Origin: Asterionella formosa
Lineage: Eukaryota
Direction of reading: 5' to 3'
Assembly (NCBI GenBank): GCA_002256025.1
Contig: NKIB01015365.1
Coordinates: 1 to 36,318 of the forward strand
DNA: 36,318 bases
The notes under the pieces were generated by a model. The model worked only from the letters and a program-made list of their open reading frames with translations, was not told the DNA's origin and ran no database searches. Of the stretch, positions 21,992 to 32,184 are shown piece by piece. How positions within the stretch are numbered: the stretch's first letter is position 1; each line of letters starts with the position of its first letter. The position numbers and the translations under genes were made by a program.

Positions 21992-22904
21992 CTAGGAGTA
22001 GTCTCTTGTGCTGCTCAGAATTTCCAAGCCACCATTCTGTTTCAGAACAAGTCCTCTCCAGTGACTCTTCTCATTAGGGAGAGCACACTTGATGCAGTCA
22101 TGGCAAATTCGAATGGATTCTTCTACTGTCATAAGATCTTTCATGTGCTCAACCAGATAGTTCTCGGCAAGTTGGGCTCCTTTGCCGACACATGCTGCAC
22201 GACATTTCCAAAATTGGCCTGTAGGGTCGACTCTCCAAAGATTGTCATTTTCAATAATGAGAGCCGAAGACTACAAAGACTGAATGAATCAGGATGAATT
22301 GCACACACACGCACAAGCCACAAAAGCCACGTACCGCCAACATGGGCCCTGCCGACAATGTTTGCGTTGGTCGGTGCAACTGGTCGGCAACATGTCGTGC
22401 CACAAGTGAGGCCGAAATCCTCGACGACATGACAAGCTGACCAGCATCAGCGCTTTCATATAGAAAGGCGGCAATTTGATGTATTTTATCTCTAAGTAGC
22501 TGAGAATCAACTGCGTTTCCTCCAGTTGCACAGTACAGCCCGGGCGCAATCTTCGAGCAGGGTTTTGCCAGGTGTTCGTCATCTTCCAACAACAAAGGTA
22601 TATCTTCGTCTTGAAATTCCAGATCCAAATGAGGCGATTTCGTCATAGTCGACAGTACCACTACTCCATCAGTGCATAATATAGACACGCATAGATTGGC
22701 ACTCGCATCCTCCATGGTGACACTAGCGGCAACAATCGCTTCGACGCCGTAAAGACGACCAGATCCAGAAAAGACAATCGGCGGCAAGTCCTTGTATGTT
22801 TGTTCCTCGACGATGTTGTTGGCCATTGCTGGTTGCCAGGGAGCTGAGGAAGACATAGACAGGGTGGGCATTACGAGAACGATCAGAAAGAAAAAGTTCG
22901 GCAT
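21992..22904 (-). CDS. Divergent proteasome alpha-type subunit with N-terminal signal peptide (periplastid-type candidate); exons 22904-22335, 22270-21992 (282 aa)
   Basis: VFSGSGRLYGVE (alpha FSPxGRLxQVE motif), DGVVV, ATGGNAVDSQ and, after a 64-nt GT-AG intron, LWRVDPTGQFWKCRAACVGKGAQLAENYL. Confidence 0.8.
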
Positions 22905-23090
22905 GATGGCCTTCAAAATCGAATATAATGAACTGACGGAAACCGAAAAACATCAAAATGAGCGAAGTTTATGCCACCTCCTCCAGTCCATCTGTTGAAG
23001 TATGCAGCAGTGATGGCAAAAAATTGTTTTTTATTGTTCATGGCTGGTTCTGCAATATTGGTGTTTCATAGGATGATATATTCCATGAAC

Positions 23091-23428
23091 TACCAGGTAC
23101 TGGTACCTGGTACCGTACCAGGTACCGCGGTATGGGCGTCTATTTTTAATTTATTTTTTATATACTACCGGTGTATTTGTGTATTTATTTCGATAGCCAT
23201 CTACCGGGTAAATAGAAATTTCATCAAGACATTAACGGCATGTAGTCGAAAGTGCTATTGTTTATTTTAGTAGAAATGTTGACAAGTTGATTCTCGAATG
23301 ATATATCGGTGGACCAGGTTCCAGGTACCTCGTACCAGGTACCAGGTACCAGTATAGTACATACCGGTAAGCAGAAGCAATGTGAATTGTAAAAGAGACT
23401 ACCGGTATACCCGTACCGGGCACTGGTA
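23091..23428. repeat. TACC(N0-2)GGTA / (GGTACCA)n repeat cluster in the divergent spacer between the proteasome-like gene and DHX16
   Basis: TACCAGGTACTGGTACCTGGTACCGTACCAGGTACC (23091-), GTACCAGGTACCAGGTACCAGTA (23333-) and several TACCGGTA copies. Confidence 0.8.
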
Positions 23429-23460
23429 GTTATTATCTCGAAGTATCATCCCCATCAACC

Positions 23461-26400
23461 ATGCCGCTATCCAAGAAAGAAGCCTTAACTTGGTGCTCTG
23501 ATGCCCTTCATGATCTCCTGGGATTTACTGATTCTGCATTGGCCTCCTTTTTGGTAGCATTGGCACGGAAATCATCCAGCACGCCGCAATCGATTCTGCA
23601 AGAGTTGTGCGACGTGAATGCACCACAGGATAAGCTTCAGAGCTTTGCCAGGCAACTGCATGACCAGTGCAAACCATTTCCAAATAAGGGTGAGACATCA
23701 TTGTTCAACAAAAGGAAAACAAACGCCGACTGGGTCCAACAAGCTCAAAAATACAAACTGTTGGACGACGACGTGGACGATAACGCTCCAACTAAAGTCA
23801 AACCTTTTTCCAAAAAAAGAGAACGCAAGGAAATGAAGCAACGTAGTCGAGTGCGAGACGATGAAGGTAGCGATGATAGCGTCACTGAAATCAAGCGAAC
23901 TTCGCATGAAGAACGACGACGCAAGCGTAAAGAGGGGAATGAGTCTCGACTCACAGAAGAAGAAAGAAACGCTCTCGATCGAGAAAAAGACTTGCAAGAA
24001 AGGGATGAGTTTGTACAGCGCATGCTGGCAAAAGATGACACTAAAACAAAGCAAAAAGTTGTATCACCAGAATCGCGGAAGCAGTCTGACGCAGAGCAAC
24101 GGCTTGCACGTGGCGAAACGGTTGTCGACGAAACAGGCGAAGAAATGACACTGGATCGGCTACGCGAGCAATCAAGGCGAGCATACTTGAAGAAACGAGA
24201 GGAGCAGCAAGTCAATCTCCTAGAGCTGGAGTTGCAGGAAGAGGAAGAACTATTTCGGGGACAAAAACTGACAAAAGCAGAGAGGAAACGGATTGAATTG
24301 GGCAAACAAATTTTGACCATGGTAAAGGGACGAGATGATGATATAAATCAAGGGACTGATGGGTTATATCGACTGCCCGATGAATATAATGAAAAGCATA
24401 CCAAGTCAGATCAAGACAAGGCATTGTTAAAGAATAGATACCATGATAGCAAAGGAGAAAAGACAGAGCAAGAGGCGTGGGAAGAGTCTCAAACGCAAAA
24501 AGCGGTTGGCGGCAGGAGTAAGAAAAGGGATACAAATGAAAAAGAATACGACCTTGTATTTGACGATCAGATCGCGTTTGTCATGCAAGATACAAAAAAG
24601 GGTTACGATCGTCGCCGAAAGAAAGAAGCACCTATGGTCAAAGACGAGAGGCCCGATCCTTTGGAACCTCGATTGACAGAGCACCAAAACATATTAGTAG
24701 GCCGTAAGAAGCTTCCCGTGTTTCCTTATAGAGAAGAATTTCTGGCTGCAGTTAAGGACCATCAAGTATTGGTATTGGTGGGTGAGACCGGTTCTGGTAA
24801 GACTACTCAGATACCTCAATATCTCCATGAGATTGGGTACAGTGAGTTGGGAAAAATTGGGTGCACACAACCTCGTCGTGTTGCAGCAATGAGTGTGGCT
24901 GCGCGTGTTGCAATCGAGATGAACGTAAAACTGGGTCATGAAGTGGGCTATTCCATTCGCTTTGAAAATTGTACTAGCCCCAAAACTATTATTCAATATA
25001 TGACAGATGGTATGCTGCTTAGAGAGATTTTGACAGAACCAGATTTGGCAGGCTACTCTTGTCTCGTTATAGATGAGGTGAGTGTGCATACACTACTGCT
25101 TCTGAATTTTATTATTGTCTCACTCCATTCTACAATATAGGCACACGAGCGAACACTTCACACAGATATTCTATTTGGATTGGTGAAAGACATAGTACGA
25201 TTCCGCAGCGATTTGAAGGTGATTATCAGTAGCGCTACCCTTGATGCAGAGAAATTCTCCAAGTATTTCGATGATTGCTCTATCTTTATGATTCCTGGTC
25301 GAATGTTTCCTGTAGATATCTATTACACCAAGTCGCCCGAAGCTGACTATGTGGATGCTGCTGTCGTGACAGTCCTTCAAATTCATGTCTCGCAACCTCT
25401 AAATGGTGACGTACTTGTGTTCTTAACCGGCCAGGAAGAAATTGAAACGGCTGCTGAGGTGCTGGCTCTTCGAACGAAAAACCTGGGATCGCGCATTAAA
25501 GAATTGATCATTTGCCCAATTTATGCAAATCTTCCACCAGAGCAACAGGCCAAGATTTTTGAACCTACTCCGGCGGGGGCCAGAAAAGTTGTTTTGGCTA
25601 CGAATATAGCTGAGACAAGTTTGACCATCAACGGAATATGTTATGTCATCGATGCAGGCTTCGCCAAGCAAAAATCGTTCAATGCCAAATCTGGAATGGA
25701 GTCTCTCATTGTTACCCCCATTTCCCAGGCTGCGGCCAACCAAAGGGCGGGACGTGCTGGTCGTACACAGCCGGTAAGTAACATGTTGCATGAGGTGAAT
25801 GAATGAGATCTAGCCATTGGTTATTGACACATTTGTCTACTTGTTCAAAGGGGAAATGCTTTCGCCTCTACACTGCTTATTCGTTTCAGCACGAAATGGA
25901 TCCCAATACTGTACCGGAGATTCTGCGAACCAATATGGGGAACGTAGTTCTAATGTTGAAGAGTTTAGGAATCAACGATTTGATGAATTTTGATTTTATG
26001 GATCGACCACCGGCCCAGACTTTGATTGTGGCCTTGGAACAACTCTATGCACTTGGAGCCCTAAATGATAAAGGGGAACTGACCAAGTTGGGTAGACGAA
26101 TGGCAGAGTTTCCACTGGATCCAATGCTAAGCAAGAGTCTGCTTGCTTCGGAGAAATACAAATGTACGTCGGAGATCTTGTCGATGGTTGCAATGCTTTC
26201 TCTTGGCGCTTCTGTTTTTTATCGACCAAAAGATAAGGCGGTCCACGCTGACACTGCTCGATTGAACTTTGCTCGAGGTGGAGGTGGTGATCATATGGCG
26301 TTGATGCGCTGTTACGTAGAATGGGCTGCAATGGACTACAGTACACAGTATTGCCAAGAGAATTACATTCAGATTCGAAGTATGAGGAAAGCTCGTGATA

Positions 26401-26780
26401 TTCGAGAACAATTGGAAGGTCTATGTGATCGTGTGGAGATTGATAAGAACGTGTCGAATCCAGATGATATGGATGCTATTCTGAAAGCAATCACATCTGG
26501 TTTCTTTTACAATATCGCTAAGTTGGCGAGATCTGGTGAATATCAAACAATAAAGCAACCTAAAACTGTCTACATTCATCCGAGCTCCGTCTTGTCGAAA
26601 GAGGAAGAACCGCCTGCATGGCTTTGCTTTTTCGAGCTTGCCTTCACAACAAAAGAGTACATGCGATCAGTCTGCCCGATCAAGCCTGAATGGCTGCTCG
26701 AGTGCGCCCCTCATTACTACAACAGCGAAGAGGTAGAAGAGGCCCGATCCAGGAAGATGCCAAAGAATAGGCATAAATAA
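23461..26780 (+). CDS. DHX16: Spliceosomal DEAH-box RNA helicase DHX16/Prp2; exons 23461-25077, 25141-25773, 25851-26780 (1059 aa)
   Basis: [30 protein letters not shown] split by intron 1, [31 protein letters not shown], and HA2/OB C-terminus. The N-terminus ([21 protein letters not shown]) is typical of DHX16. Confidence 0.95.
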
Positions 26781-26866
26781 TTCGATTTGTGTCGTTAACT
26801 TTAAACTTGGACCCATTGGTTCGCACTCATTTTGGCGAGGCCGTGGAAACATATTATACATCGTCA

Positions 26867-28394
26867 TTATTTCTTGATTTCCAGTTCGAGAACAACCGGG
26901 CAGTGGTCGCTACCAATGATTGCAGGCAGTGTGTAGCTATCACGAACAAAAACGTTGTTCGCGTTGTTGTCATCAAAGAAGGAAGGAGAACAAATGAAAT
27001 AGTCCAACCGAAGCCCCTTATTTGGTTCGCGATTTCCAGCTCGTTGACTCCAATAGGTGTAATGACCTTTCGCCTCTGGATGAAGTTTACGGAAGGCGTC
27101 GACAAACCCAGAATCAAGTTGAGCCTGAAAGGAGTCCCGTTCCTGTTGAGTGACACCAGCTTGTGTCGCCAAATGTTTTGCGCCATCGTTCCATACTTCG
27201 AGGTTGGTATGTGCCACGTTCAAGTCTCCAGCCCAAATAACAGGAAGGTTTTTCTTTTGGTGATATGCAAGAAAGTCCTTGTCCCATTGTTTCGTGCGGT
27301 AATCAAGACGTTCTAGTTTCTGTCCAGAGTTGGGAACATAGACATTTGTCAAGCTAAAACGTGGAAATTCCAGAGTAATTACGCGCCCTTCCTTGTCATG
27401 TTCGTCCTTCCCTATATCGAAAGTCACTTGTTTTGGAACCAAATTGGCAACATCAATAGGAGCTTCTACAGACGCTGTCGATGAAGCAGTGTCACCTTTC
27501 TTAACAGTAAAGAATCCGTCCAACTTGCTTTGATGCCTTTTGACTCCCTTGACACCACTCCGCCGCCTAACAAATACTGCAGTACCCGAATACCCCTTTT
27601 TCGAGGTTGAGCAAGAATAGTGTGCATCATAGCCTTCATTTTCCAATAAATGTCCCCGAATCTTGAGCTTTGGATCATCCACGTGGATGTCTTGTAGTTT
27701 GGTTTCTTGTAGCATCAAGACGTCGAGATTGTGATCTTGGACCAAGTTGGAAAGAGCATGGGGATGGTTCTTCAATACGGCACGAAGACCAGCGACGTTC
27801 CAGGATGCGATCTTGAAGGCTGCAAAACGTGTCAGATTAGGAGCAAATCAGAACACCTACACAAACACATCAAAGTGAACAATTTGTTTTCCATCACTCA
27901 CTGTACGAATCCTTGTGGTCATTTGCATTCCACAGTTTGGGGAGGTCATCGCGCTGCGTCAAGACTTGATGTTTGGGCGCAGCAGCTTTCTTTGATTTTT
28001 GTTTGCTGTCGACCTCGTCATTGGTGGAATCATTATTCTCGATTTTTACGTGGGCAATACTAATGTCCGAAGCGCCTGCTGTGTCAACAACAGCTTCCGC
28101 ATTAGCCGCACTTCGGTCTTTCTTGCTTCGAGTCTTGCCATTTTTCATTTTCTTGGGAGGAGATTCGCCGTCTGTTGAGGCGCTCATCTCCCGTTTGGTC
28201 CTGGAAGCATGACGGGCACTTTCCAATCGTGGCATAATGGAGTACCGGTAGGTGATGTGAACTCTCGGACAATGACTAGAAAACAGTCTAGTTGGAACTG
28301 CAATAAACAACGAATTCACAAACTGTTGCCGACGTGCAGTCCACAAAAGAATAAGAGCTTGGGAGGCGAATTGGTGACCGAATAGTAGTCTCAT
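26867..28394 (-). CDS. AP endonuclease / exodeoxyribonuclease III (APE1/ARP-like); exons 28394-27902, 27819-26867 (481 aa)
   Basis: FKIASWNVAGLRA, LQETK, GYSGTA, EGR, YVPNSG, GDLNVAH, YTYWS, RLDY and SDHCP are all present. Confidence 0.93.
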
Positions 28395-28483
28395 GCAAGC
28401 AACGAGCGATGTTCCGATGATAAGAAATGGTGGCGATTCATCGGCAGAATGGATTTCAGTGGCGTGATGGTGAGTTCATGAAT

Positions 28484-28690
28484 CCGGTACCAGTACCAGT
28501 ACCAGTACCNNNNNNNNNNNNNNNNNNNNNNNNNNNNNNNNNNNNNNNNNNNNNNNNNNNNNNNNNNNNNNNNNNNNNNNNNNNNNNNNNNNNNNNNNNN
28601 NNNNNNNNNNNNNNNNNNNNNNNNNNNNNNNNNNNCAGTACCAGTACCAGTACCAGTACTGCATTACCGGTACCAGGTACCTGGTACCAG
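28484..28690. repeat. (CCAGTA)n microsatellite / GGTACC repeat cluster spanning an assembly gap (N 28510-28635)
   Basis: CCAGTA units occur on both sides of the N run, followed by TACCGGTACCAGGTACCTGGTACCAG. Confidence 0.85.
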
Positions 28691-28933
28691 CCACTCTAAA
28701 GGAACACAGGTACACAGTAGCTATCAGCTAAATATCGGTACATACCGGTACTACATATATATTAAAATTTATCATTTCAAGTCCATGAAGTCATCTCGAC
28801 GTCAAATGCGTGCGATGTCGTAATTGTGCGGTAATAATTTGAAGGTAGCTGAATGTCAGCCATAGGTGAAACGAATAATTATCGCATGCATCTATCTAAT
28901 GTGCGGCTCTCATTTTTCAGATGATTAGTGACC

Positions 28934-29947
28934 ATGATGATTCTACGACTTTTCCTCCTAACCGTTGCCGTTTTGCTAGCACCAGTCGCCACATTGTCCG
29001 CCGATTCCCAATTGAATAAAATCAGGATTCAAGAAGCCCTCTCCTCAGTAGCAGGCAAGCTTACACTCTCCCCGGAGATCATCGTCCCAATTCCGACGGA
29101 TATGACTGCCATTCTGTTGCAAGCCGATGCCATCAAAACACTAAGCTCGAGACTTAGGAATCAGGCCAAGGCCAATGTTGCGTTCATTGATGGCACAGTG
29201 ACGAGTGTTACGACATTTTGTGAAGAACAAGAATCGGCGAGAGGCAACTTTCCTGGTCCCATACCTGTCGTGTACTTTGGTCAGCCGCAAGACGATTTGG
29301 AGGCCTTGGTGGAAGCTGGTGTGGCTGGTATTGTAGTCACTGTGGAAAATGTAGAAGAAATAGGTGAATCTCTCAAGTTGAAGTGCCGAGCAGCTCTTGA
29401 CTGTGGGTTGCAACCCATTCCAGAGCTTATGGTAAATCCTTCGTCGTGCAACGTGGAGGACTTGGTGGATGCTGTCCACGCTTGTCTCGGCATGGACCCA
29501 GCCGCGTTGCTACTAACATTTCCACCCGTGGATGCCGACGTAGAACCAGATGATCTTCCTACGGTGACAAAGGAATTGAAGAAAAGGGTTCCAATACTTG
29601 GCAGTGTCCGAGTACCGGTCGGAGAAAATCGGATGGGTATGGAAACGTCTCGTTTCAAAGATGCTGGTTTCACGGGGGCCCTTCTTCGATCAGAATGCGT
29701 GGCTGGGTTTCGTGTAAACACCGATATTGATGTAGTGGGAAAATTTTGGGCCAACTGTATCGGCGATTTGAAATCGACAAAGTCCAAGTCCTTCAGTTTC
29801 CGATCCAAGAACGGGCTGAACAAGAACATGGCGCTGGAGTGGGCCAAATATTCTTTAGATGTTGTGGAATCGGGTGCATTGGGTTCTGAGGACTTCGAGA
29901 AAGGCCCATCAATCAACACGGAAGCTGGAGACTATCAAGGATTCTAG
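28934..29947 (+). CDS. Signal-peptide-bearing protein of unknown function, possibly a ribulose-phosphate-binding TIM barrel (337 aa)
   Basis: Long intronless ORF with a hydrophobic N-terminus. Alternating beta/alpha pattern (PGPIPVVY, EAGVAGIVV, GLQPIPE, KDAGFTGALL) is reminiscent of IGPS-like barrels. The function is not assigned. Confidence 0.65.
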   Translation: MMILRLFLLTVAVLLAPVATLSADSQLNKIRIQEALSSVAGKLTLSPEIIVPIPTDMTAILLQADAIKTLSSRLRNQAKANVAFIDGTVTSVTTFCEEQESARGNFPGPIPVVYFGQPQDDLEALVEAGVAGIVVTVENVEEIGESLKLKCRAALDCGLQPIPELMVNPSSCNVEDLVDAVHACLGMDPAALLLTFPPVDADVEPDDLPTVTKELKKRVPILGSVRVPVGENRMGMETSRFKDAGFTGALLRSECVAGFRVNTDIDVVGKFWANCIGDLKSTKSKSFSFRSKNGLNKNMALEWAKYSLDVVESGALGSEDFEKGPSINTEAGDYQGF

Positions 29948-30091
29948 TGATGTTAGCCAGGAATCAATTTTAAGTGACTTGTTTGCATCGGGGTGTTGTG
30001 GGTATATTGGAGGGATATCTTGCACAAGTTTCTAGCGTTCGGACGTGAGCATCGTTAGCGATTATAAAATTTTGATGTCGACACATATAAC

Positions 30092-31204
30092 TCACAAACG
30101 TGGATTTTGCACGAAGTGATTCACTACATGCGTTAGGACAGCACCTATAGGGGCTTCAATTTTCAGACAATCCAACCCTTCAATCTCTGCCCTTGTTTGG
30201 CCCACGTTTAAAATAGCAATGGGAATACCATTGTTTGCGGCAGTCCGTACGAATCGAAACGCAGAATGAACCGCAAGAGATGTTCCAATGCACAATAATC
30301 CATCGGATGCGTCAACGGCAGCTCGACATCGTGCCACTCTGTGCTTGGGTACTGAGTCTCCAAAGAACACTACGTCTGGCTTAAAGAATCCACCACATTG
30401 AGGACAGGCTGGAACACCAATATTGGAATAATCATCTCGGTTCACGTTCCCATCGCCATCTGGTCGACTATCGCTGGATTTTTTTTCGGACATTACTTCA
30501 CGCAGCCAATCCTCATTCATAACTTCCAATTGATTATGAAATTCCTTTCTCCCCGTTGTACTACCACACTGCATACATTTGAGACGGGAGGTTCGTCCAT
30601 GCAATTCCGTCACGTGTTGAGCCCCTGCTCGATGATGTAGATGATCAACATTTTGAGTGATGATAGTCAATTGTCGTTGACCAGTGCTGGTTGTCCAATC
30701 TTCTTGTCGATTGGGTTGGTAGTAGTCAAGAGAATCTTCGAAGCGGACTCCAATACGTTTCATTTTCTCTAGATTCACTAGGGCATTGTGACCAGTCTTT
30801 TTTGTCGCAGCGTTGTTGAAATGAGATTCGCGCTTTTGTACATTAGGTGCACCACAAGATTCAGATAAAAAAGCGATCTAACTTACATTGGGTTTTGATA
30901 AATCGAAGTCTCTCCAGCCCGCCATTGCTCGACCCCAATATCTCTGCCTACTAGAAGCAGATCGCATAAATTCGTCGTGAATCATGGGCTTATGGCCCTT
31001 GTGATAGGAACCATCGCTACCTCGATAGTCTGGAATTCCAGATTCAGTCGAGAGACCAGCTCCAGTCAGAGTCAATATATTTTGCTTCCCACTCATCCAT
31101 TCTATCAATTCTGTACCCTTGGCCACCAGCTCGACAGTCGAAAGGAGAGTTTGGGGATTCGGAGGACGTTCTGAAACTTCGTGTACGGAAGTTCGCGGAA
31201 CAAT
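30092..31204 (-). CDS. SIRT4: Class II sirtuin (SIRT4-like NAD+-dependent deacylase), 5' end in gap; exons >31204-30887, 30796-30092
   Basis: LTGAGLSTESGIPDYRG, RQRYWGR, KPN|TGH, ITQNVDHLH, ELHG, CxxC...RPDGD...CxxC, KPDVVFFGD and GTSLAVHSAFRF. The frame stays open up to the N gap. Confidence 0.92.
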
Positions 31205-31866
31205 NNNNNNNNNNNNNNNNNNNNNNNNNNNNNNNNNNNNNNNNNNNNNNNNNNNNNNNNNNNNNNNNNNNNNNNNNNNNNNNNNNNNNNNNNNNNNNNN
31301 NNNNNNNNNNNNNNNNNNNNNNNNNNNNNNNNNNNNNNNNNNNNNNNNNNNNNNNNNNNNNNNNNNNNNNNNNNNNNNNNNNNNNNNNNNNNNNNNNNNN
31401 NNNNNNNNNNNNNNNNNNNNNNNNNNNNNNNNNNNNNNNNNNNNNNNNNNNNNNNNNNNNNNNNNNNNNNNNNNNNNNNNNNNNNNNNNNNNNNNNNNNN
31501 NNNNNNNNNNNNNNNNNNNNNNNNNNNNNNNNNNNNNNNNNNNNNNNNNNNNNNNNNNNNNNNNNNNNNNNNNNNNNNNNNNNNNNNNNNNNNNNNNNNN
31601 NNNNNNNNNNNNNNNNNNNNNNNNNNNNNNNNNNNNNNNNNNNNNNNNNNNNNNNNNNNNNNNNNNNNNNNNNNNNNNNNNNNNNNNNNNNNNNNNNNNN
31701 NNNNNNNNNNNNNNNNNNNNNNNNNNNNNNNNNNNNNNNNNNNNNNNNNNNNNNNNNNNNNNNNNNNNNNNNNNNNNNNNNNNNNNNNNNNNNNNNNNNN
31801 NNNNNNNNNNNNNNNNNNNNNNNNNNNNNNNNNNNNNNNNNNNNNNNNNNNNNNNNNNNNNNNNNN
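31205..31866. other. Assembly gap (N)
   Basis: Run of N that hides the sirtuin start codon. Confidence 1.
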
Positions 31867-32184
31867 CCTGTCGTTTCTTTTAAAACTATATTTAGGTTTT
31901 CACACTACATTTTGCCAACATTGGTGCAAAAATGGAGCGAAATGGACAAATATTTCTTAAAAATGATGAGGGGACAAACCTTATCTTTTCCACAGTTGCT
32001 GCTGTGTAAAACACGACAACCCCGATTTTATTAATAATATACACGGTACATAACGGTATTTATGTTTCTACGGTTGCATGCATATGACAGTACATCAAAA
32101 AATCGCAAGGGACATGGACGGTGACTGCTATCGTGAGCCATACGATATAAACCCAACCATGATGTTGCAATCAAAGGAGCAACT

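Noticed and set aside
23745..24320. Long antisense ORFs (also 26789-27316, 29281-29919, 18650-19057)
   Set aside because: They are shadows of well-supported genes on the opposite strand with no independent motifs.
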